DNA of 64,000 nucleotides from Chloroflexota bacterium (GTDB taxonomy: Bacteria; Chloroflexota; Limnocylindria; Limnocylindrales; CSP1-4): assembly GCA_021785175.1 (NCBI GenBank), contig JAJYGH010000077.1, positions 11,709 to 75,708 of the forward strand, given 5' to 3'. Below, piece after piece: positions 58,729 to 64,000 of this stretch (position 1 is its first letter; every line of letters begins with the position of its first letter). Position numbers and translations under genes: made by a program. The notes under the pieces are model-generated. The model made no database searches and was not told the origin of the DNA. It saw only the letters and a list, made by a program, of their open reading frames with translations.

Positions 58729-59808
58729 ATGACGGGGGAGCGGCGGTTCCTCGCCGCGTGCCGCCTCGAGCCCGTCGACGCCACGCCCGTCTGGTACATG
58801 CGGCAGGCCGGGCGGGGCATCCGCGAGTACGAGCTGATGCGCGACCGGTATGGCGTGCTCGGCATCGCGCGGACCCCGGAACTCGCCGCGCGCGCGAGCG
58901 TGCTGCCCGTCTCGGCGTACGGCGTCGACGCCGCCGTCATGTATGCCGACGTCATGCTCCCGACCGGGCCCATGGGCGTCGAGTTCGACCTCACTCCCGA
59001 GGGTCCCGTGCTCGCCGCGCCGTTCCGCTCCCCGGCAGATGTCGCGCGGCTCCGCGCGTACGAGCCCGAGGACGAGCTGGCGTTCGCGATGGAGGCGATC
59101 CGGATCGCGCGACGGGAGCTGGACGGGCGGCAGGCGCTCATCGGCATCGCCGGCGGCCCGTTCACGCTCGCGGCGTATCTCGTCGAGGGCCGCGCGACGC
59201 GCGACCAGGCGACGGCGCGCGCGTTCATGTACGCACAGCCGGAGGCGTGGCACGACCTGCTGAGCCGAATCGCGGAGGTCGGGCGTCGCTACGTGGCCGC
59301 GCAGGTGCACGCGGGCGTGCAGGCCGTGCAGGTGTTCGACACGTGGGCCGGGACCCTGTCCCCGGCGGACTACGAGGCGTACGTGCTGCCGCACGCGTCC
59401 CGGCTCATCGAGGGCGCGCGGGGCGTGCCGGTGATCCACTACGCCGCGGGCGGATCGGGCCTCGTCGAGCTGCTCGTGCGCGCCGGGGCCGACGTCGTCG
59501 GCGTCGATGCCCGCGCATCGCTCGACGAGGCGTGGAGCCGGGCGGGGACGGGCGTCGGGATCCAGGGCAACCTGGACGGCGCGCGCCTCCTGGCCGGCTG
59601 GGATGCCGCCGAGCCCGGAGCGCGGCACGTCCTCGACGAGGCGGCAGGCCGGCCCGGCCACATCTTCAACCTGGGCCATGGCATCCTGCCCGGCACCGAT
59701 CCCGCGCTGCTGGCCCGTCTCGCGGACTTCGTCCACCAGGAGTCGGCGAAGCGGCCGGCGGCGGAGCGGACCGGGGGCCGGCGCGCCACCACGGAGGTGT
59801 CAGCGTGA
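58729..59808 (+). CDS. hemE: Uroporphyrinogen decarboxylase, copy 2 (tandem paralogue)
   Basis: MTGERRFLAACRLEPVDATPVWYMRQAGR aligns with the canonical HemE N-terminus; VMYADVMLP; IAGGPFTLAAYLVEG; alternative start ATG 58660 right after copy-1 stop. Confidence 0.85.
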   Translation: MTGERRFLAACRLEPVDATPVWYMRQAGRGIREYELMRDRYGVLGIARTPELAARASVLPVSAYGVDAAVMYADVMLPTGPMGVEFDLTPEGPVLAAPFRSPADVARLRAYEPEDELAFAMEAIRIARRELDGRQALIGIAGGPFTLAAYLVEGRATRDQATARAFMYAQPEAWHDLLSRIAEVGRRYVAAQVHAGVQAVQVFDTWAGTLSPADYEAYVLPHASRLIEGARGVPVIHYAAGGSGLVELLVRAGADVVGVDARASLDEAWSRAGTGVGIQGNLDGARLLAGWDAAEPGARHVLDEAAGRPGHIFNLGHGILPGTDPALLARLADFVHQESAKRPAAERTGGRRATTEVSA

Positions 59809-60791
59809 TCGACGATCGCCTCGGCGGGGCGAATCCCCCTGGTCCCCGGAGCAGCCCCACCGGGGTCCTCCTCATGACGTACGGCTCGCCCCATGACCTC
59901 GAGGACGTGCCGCGCTACCTGTCCGCGGTCCGTGGCGGGCGGCAGCCCGAGCCCGAGCTCGTCACGGAATTCACGCGGCGGTACGCGCTCATCGGCGGTT
60001 CCCCGCTCGTCTCGATCACGCGCCAGCAGGCCTCGGCGCTCGAGGAGCGTCTCGGTGCGGGCTACCGGGTGGCGGCCGGGATGCGCTTCTCCGATCCGAC
60101 GATCGCGTCGGCGCTCGCCAGCCTCCACGAGGCCGGGTGCGGGCACGTCGTCGCGATCGTGCTGTCGCCGCAGTATTCCGACCTCATCATGGGTGGCTAC
60201 GGGAGAGCCGTCGCGGCCGCCCGCCAGTCGATCGGCCCGGACGCGCCGCGCGTCGCGATCGCCGGTTCGTGGCACCTGGAACCCGCCTTCGTCGCGGTGC
60301 TCGCGGCGCGCATCCGCGAGTCGCTCGCGCGGTTCCCCGAGGCGGCGCGCGCCTCCGTCCCGGTCCTGCTCACCGCGCACAGCCTGCCGAGGCGTGTCGC
60401 CGAACAGGAGCCCGGGTACCTGCGCCAGCTCGACGAGACGGCGACGGCGATCGCAGAGGCTGCGGGGTTGCCGCGCGACCGGTGGCACTTCTGCTGGCAG
60501 AGCGCCGGCCACGAGCCGGGGGAGTGGATGACGCCCGATTTCGCCGATCTCGTGCCACGGCTGCGGGCGGAGGGGCACCGCGCGGTCGTCGTCGCCCCGA
60601 TCCAGTTCCTCGCCGACCACCTCGAGACGCTCTACGACGTGGCGATCGGTGCCCGGGAGCAGGCCGAGACGGCGGGCATGGCGTTCCAGCAGATCCGGGC
60701 GCTGAACGCCGACCCCGGTCTCGTGGAGGCGCTCGCCTCCGTCGTGCACGGCACGGAGGCCGAGGCGGTTCCCGCGGCTGCGGTGCCCTGA
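59805..60791 (+). CDS. cpfC: Ferrochelatase (coproporphyrin ferrochelatase CpfC/HemH type inferred from HemQ context)
   Basis: GVLLMTYGSP N-terminal motif, AIVLSPQYS, HSLP metal-binding His-Ser-Leu-Pro; GTG with GGAGG 8 nt upstream, overlaps hemE2 stop. Confidence 0.88.
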   Translation: MIDDRLGGANPPGPRSSPTGVLLMTYGSPHDLEDVPRYLSAVRGGRQPEPELVTEFTRRYALIGGSPLVSITRQQASALEERLGAGYRVAAGMRFSDPTIASALASLHEAGCGHVVAIVLSPQYSDLIMGGYGRAVAAARQSIGPDAPRVAIAGSWHLEPAFVAVLAARIRESLARFPEAARASVPVLLTAHSLPRRVAEQEPGYLRQLDETATAIAEAAGLPRDRWHFCWQSAGHEPGEWMTPDFADLVPRLRAEGHRAVVVAPIQFLADHLETLYDVAIGAREQAETAGMAFQQIRALNADPGLVEALASVVHGTEAEAVPAAAVP

Positions 60792-60807
60792 CTACCCCGT
60801 CGGGAGC

Positions 60808-61023
60808 GTGATCGGGCCGAGTGGCTCTGCCGCGAGGAGGCCGCTGCAGGCACCCTTGCACCTCATGATCCGAGTGTCCTGGCCCCGCATCCTGCGTCCC
60901 GTGACGCGCGCCGTGCGCTGGCATCGGCGGCAGCCCAACACCATCGTCACCGTCGTCGACATCCGCCCCAACCAGCAGCGGGCGCGGCGATACGAGATCG
61001 TTCTGGGGCGGCGCCAGGGCTGA
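60808..61023 (+). CDS. Hypothetical small protein (52-71 aa)
   Basis: High-GC3 ORF MIRVSWPRILRPVTRAVRWHRRQPNTIVTVVDIRPNQQRARRYEIVLGRRQG in convergent gap; no ribosome-binding site found; weak. Confidence 0.25.
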   Translation: MIGPSGSAARRPLQAPLHLMIRVSWPRILRPVTRAVRWHRRQPNTIVTVVDIRPNQQRARRYEIVLGRRQG

Positions 61024-61099
61024 CCGCGGTGCCAGGGCCGCGCCTGGCACCGCGCGTCGTGGAGACGGCTGCCCCGGGCCGACACGAGCCGGGAGCGAG

Positions 61100-61888
61100 T
61101 CAGCCGGCGCCGCGGCCTGCCGCGCCCGTTCCTTCTGCGCCCGGTCTGCCCCCGACCGCACGGCCGACCGCCTGCAGCGTCGCTTCGAGCTCCGCCGCGA
61201 GCGCCGCCATCGTCGGTGAGACGCGGTCCGCACCGGCGAGCTCCGCCTCCTCGTAGGTGCTGGCCGGCGCCCAGACGTACATCCCGGCGCGCCGGCCTGC
61301 CTCGATCCCGGGTGGCGTGTCCTCGACGACCAGGCACGCGTCGGGGTACGCGCCGAGCGTGGCCGCAGCGTGCAGGAACAGGTCCGGCGCGGGCTTCGGC
61401 CGGGCGACGTCGTCAGCGCTGAACGCGCGGCCGGCGAAGCGCTCGAGCAGTCCCGTCGCGCGCAGCGACGCCTCGATCCGCTCTCGCGTCCCATTCGACG
61501 CCACGCAGCAGTCGACCCCGCGCTCTCGCAGCCGCTCGAGCAGCTCGGGGACTCCCGTCGAGGGCCGCAGCTCGCGCGAGAACACGTCGGCCAGGCGTCG
61601 CGCGTAGGTCGCCTCGAACAGCGCCGGAAGGGCCAGCCCCCGCCCCTCCACGACCTGCCGCACGCGCCCCAACGTGCCGCCCGTGAAGTCGCGGTGGCTC
61701 TCCTCGGGCGTGTACGGGATCCCGAGGTCGGTGAGGACCTCGGCGAGCGTCGCCGACGAGAGGCGCTCGCTGTCGACGAGCACGCCGTCGTTGTCGAAGA
61801 TCACGAGGCGCAGGGGATCAGGGAAGGGGCGTCGAGGGGTCACGAACCCATCCTGCCACGCCGCGCGGTACGCTCGCCCGGTGGCCAC
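61100..61888 (-). CDS. HAD-superfamily hydrolase (subfamily IA, beta-PGM-like)
   Basis: Motif I VIFDNDGVLVDSE, motif III K (PKPAPD), motif IV EDTPPGIEAG; true start probably later (GTG ~61843) because ATG 61888 would overlap divergent NUDIX gene. Confidence 0.75.
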   Translation of the reverse strand: MATGRAYRAAWQDGFVTPRRPFPDPLRLVIFDNDGVLVDSERLSSATLAEVLTDLGIPYTPEESHRDFTGGTLGRVRQVVEGRGLALPALFEATYARRLADVFSRELRPSTGVPELLERLRERGVDCCVASNGTRERIEASLRATGLLERFAGRAFSADDVARPKPAPDLFLHAAATLGAYPDACLVVEDTPPGIEAGRRAGMYVWAPASTYEEAELAGADRVSPTMAALAAELEATLQAVGRAVGGRPGAEGTGAAGRGAG

Positions 61889-62348
61889 GAAGCTGAGCGC
61901 CGGGATCCTGCTGCACCGGACCCGGGACGGGCGCGTCGAGGTGCTCCTCGCGCATCCCGGCGGGCCGTTTCATGCCGCACGCGAGCACGGGAACTGGTCG
62001 ATCCCGAAGGGCGAGCCGGCCGACGGCGAGGATCTGGAGGCGGCGGCGCTTCGGGAGTTCAGGGAGGAGACCGGGACGCTGCCGGCCGGGCCGCGAGTGC
62101 CGCTCGGGTCGATCCGACAGAAGGGTGGGAAGGTCGTGACGGCCTGGGCCGTCGAGGGGGACCTGGACCCGGCGTCTGCGCGGAGCAACGAGTTCGAGAT
62201 GGAGTGGCCGCCGGGCTCGGGACGCCGGCAGTCGTTCCCGGAGGTCGACCGGGTGGCCTGGTTCTCGGCCAGCGAGGCGCGCACCCGGGTCACGCCCGGC
62301 CAGGCCGAGTTGCTGGACCGCCTCGATGAGGCGCTCGCGGATCGCTGA
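61881..62348 (+). CDS. NUDIX hydrolase
   Basis: Nudix box KGEPADGEDLEAAALREFREETG; GTG start uncertain. Confidence 0.75.
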   Translation: MATKLSAGILLHRTRDGRVEVLLAHPGGPFHAAREHGNWSIPKGEPADGEDLEAAALREFREETGTLPAGPRVPLGSIRQKGGKVVTAWAVEGDLDPASARSNEFEMEWPPGSGRRQSFPEVDRVAWFSASEARTRVTPGQAELLDRLDEALADR

Positions 62349-62389
62349 GGGCGGCGACGGTCGGCGGGCGACGGCTCGGCCACCCGGGG

Positions 62390-64000
62390 TCAGTCGGGTG
62401 ATGCGGTCGGACGAGGCGCCGGGGTGTGCAGCGGAGCCGGCGTCGGGGAGGGCAACGCGACCGGGCTCGGCGTGCGGGCGGCCTGTGGCGCCGTTGCGAA
62501 CGGGCCGGACGGTCCGTTCGCGGACGGGGACGCCGTTGCGAACGGGCTCGCCGACGTCGTCGCGGTCGCGGAGGGCGACGCCGCGCCGGGCGTCGCCGAG
62601 GTCTCGGGCGCGAGCACCGGCGCGAGCGATCGGGCGAGCAGACGTGCGTAGGCCATGGCGCCCGCGGGCCGCAGGTGGATGGCGTCGTCCCAGAAGTACT
62701 CCGGGTGGTTCTCGCTCGCCCCGTGCCAGTCGACCACCTCCACGTTCGGGTACTTCCTCGCGGTCGCGGCGAGCATCGCGTTGTCGTGCGCCTCCCAGTC
62801 CCGCGGCTCCTTGAGGTTGACGAACGCGACGAGCCGCTCGGACCTGAGCACCTGCATCGCCTGGTCGAGCATCGAGCCGCTGATCCAGCCGTTGTCGCCG
62901 AGCGAGATCACGACGACCGGCGGAAGCACGCCGGCCTTCTGACGGGCCTCGAGCAGCTGGATTCCGACCTGGAACGACCGCCCCTCCGCCGCGTTGATCT
63001 CGATCCCCTGGATCGCGGTCCGGAGCTGACGCACCGCGCCGAGCATGACGGAGTCCCCGATGGCCAGCACGCGTGGAGGCCGCGCGACGGCGATCGGTGG
63101 TGGTGACCCCGAAGCGAGCGGCTCGTTCCCGACCGGGACCCCGGGCGCGGCCGACGATGCGCCGGTCCCGGGGTTGCCGACGCCGGTCGCGCTCCCGGCG
63201 CCGTTCGACACGGGCCCGGGGCCGTCCGGTGTCCCGCCCTTTCCCGAGAGACCGCTGACGGACACACCCGCGACCGACACGCCCGTCCCCGACACGGGGC
63301 CGCCGGTGTCGATCGACGTCACGGCGAGGTAGGAGGGCGTGGGAGGGGGTGTCGCGGCGACCACGCGCGCGCCGACGACGACGGCGGCCACGAGGACCGC
63401 GGCACCCGACGCGAGCGGCAGCCGAGACGCACGGGCACGCTCGCCGCGCGGCAGCGACTGCCAGCGCCTCCAGGCCCGCCCGAGGGCCCCGTGCCGGATC
63501 GGCGTCTCGAGGAAGCGATACGACGCCTCGGCCGCGACGAGCGTCAGCGCAAGGCGGAGAGCCAGGTCGGGGAGCGGATCGAGCGGGAGATCGAGCTGCG
63601 GGCGGGTGAAGGTGAAGATCGGCCAGTGCCAGAGGTAGATGCCGTACGAGCGCTCGCCGATCCAGCGGAGGGGCTGACGGTCGAGCAGGCGCGTGCCGAC
63701 ACGGCCGCGCGGATGGACCGCCGCGACGATGATGGCGGCCGTGGTGAGGCCGAGCAACAGGAAGCCGCCCTGGTACAGGAACGGCTCGTACTCGTCGAGC
63801 CAGATGAACGCGGCGGCGAGCGCGGCGAGGCCGGCGATCCCGACCGCGTCGAGCCATGGAGCCATGCGCAGGGCTCGGAACGCCCGCGCGAGCGACGGCC
63901 GCGGGGCCGACGGCGAGGCGGGGCCGTCGGCGGCGAGTGGGGAGTCGGGCGCCGCCGCGGCATCGCCCCGTGATTCGGAGTGGGCCGTGGGAGCCACCTC
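62390..64000 (-). CDS. Acyltransferase-3 (OafA-like) membrane domain fused to SGNH/GDSL hydrolase domain; 5' end beyond window
   Basis: RWIGERSYGIYLWHWPIF end of acyltransferase_3, then TM, Pro/Gly linker, SGNH block LAIGDSVMLGA; ORF open to window edge. Confidence 0.75.
   Translation of the reverse strand, partial: EVAPTAHSESRGDAAAAPDSPLAADGPASPSAPRPSLARAFRALRMAPWLDAVGIAGLAALAAAFIWLDEYEPFLYQGGFLLLGLTTAAIIVAAVHPRGRVGTRLLDRQPLRWIGERSYGIYLWHWPIFTFTRPQLDLPLDPLPDLALRLALTLVAAEASYRFLETPIRHGALGRAWRRWQSLPRGERARASRLPLASGAAVLVAAVVVGARVVAATPPPTPSYLAVTSIDTGGPVSGTGVSVAGVSVSGLSGKGGTPDGPGPVSNGAGSATGVGNPGTGASSAAPGVPVGNEPLASGSPPPIAVARPPRVLAIGDSVMLGAVRQLRTAIQGIEINAAEGRSFQVGIQLLEARQKAGVLPPVVVISLGDNGWISGSMLDQAMQVLRSERLVAFVNLKEPRDWEAHDNAMLAATARKYPNVEVVDWHGASENHPEYFWDDAIHLRPAGAMAYARLLARSLAPVLAPETSATPGAASPSATATTSASPFATASPSANGPSGPFATAPQAARTPSPVALPSPTPAPLHTPAPRPTASPD

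Overview
This 64-kb window has about 72% GC and is densely coding, so long spurious ORFs appear in nearly every frame. It reads as a core chromosomal segment of a monoderm high-GC bacterium (Actinomycetota-like), because the genes present are CdaA-type c-di-AMP synthase, HemQ/coproheme decarboxylase and a coproporphyrin-type ferrochelatase. No rRNA, tRNA, CRISPR array or obvious mobile element was found. On the plus strand, 1-5.7 kb is the tail of the ribosomal-protein/rpoA cluster: map (5' partial)-infA-rpmJ-rpsM-rpsK-rpsD-rpoA-rplQ-truA-rplM-rpsI. A TPR protein follows, then the c-di-AMP/cell-wall-precursor operon cdaA-cdaR-glmM-glmS, then acpS-nnr-alr. An unexpected four-gene, translationally coupled cassette (macro-domain protein, 97-aa protein, GlmL/MutL-like putative actin-fold ATPase, 343-aa protein with a KOW-like motif) sits between alr and the t6A genes tsaE-tsaB-rimI-tsaD. 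Next come rsmA-ispE-ridA, glmU-corC, a convergent polyprenyl synthase, recO and glyQS. The minus strand then carries nfnB/sudA-nfnA/sudB-fpr-galK, followed by an SMP-30 lactonase, an S9 peptidase (minus) and ppdK (plus). After ppdK there is an orphan KaiC C-terminal fragment, an EamA transporter, a Na+/H+ antiporter, and a pair of small His-rich/Gly-rich hydrophilic proteins with GGAGG ribosome-binding sites and a perfect palindromic operator-like site. These are followed by saccharopine dehydrogenase, tdk, a SagB-type nitroreductase and an MFS transporter. A 10-gene stop/start-overlapping heme operon (HTH regulator-hemA-hemC-hemD-hemB-hemQ-hemL-hemE-hemE'-cpfC) shows a tandem hemE duplication and no cgoX/hemY in the window. 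The window ends with a HAD hydrolase, a NUDIX hydrolase and a 5'-truncated acyltransferase-3/SGNH gene. The most interesting candidates for an undescribed system are the alr-tsaE insertion cassette and the His-rich small-protein pair with its palindrome.
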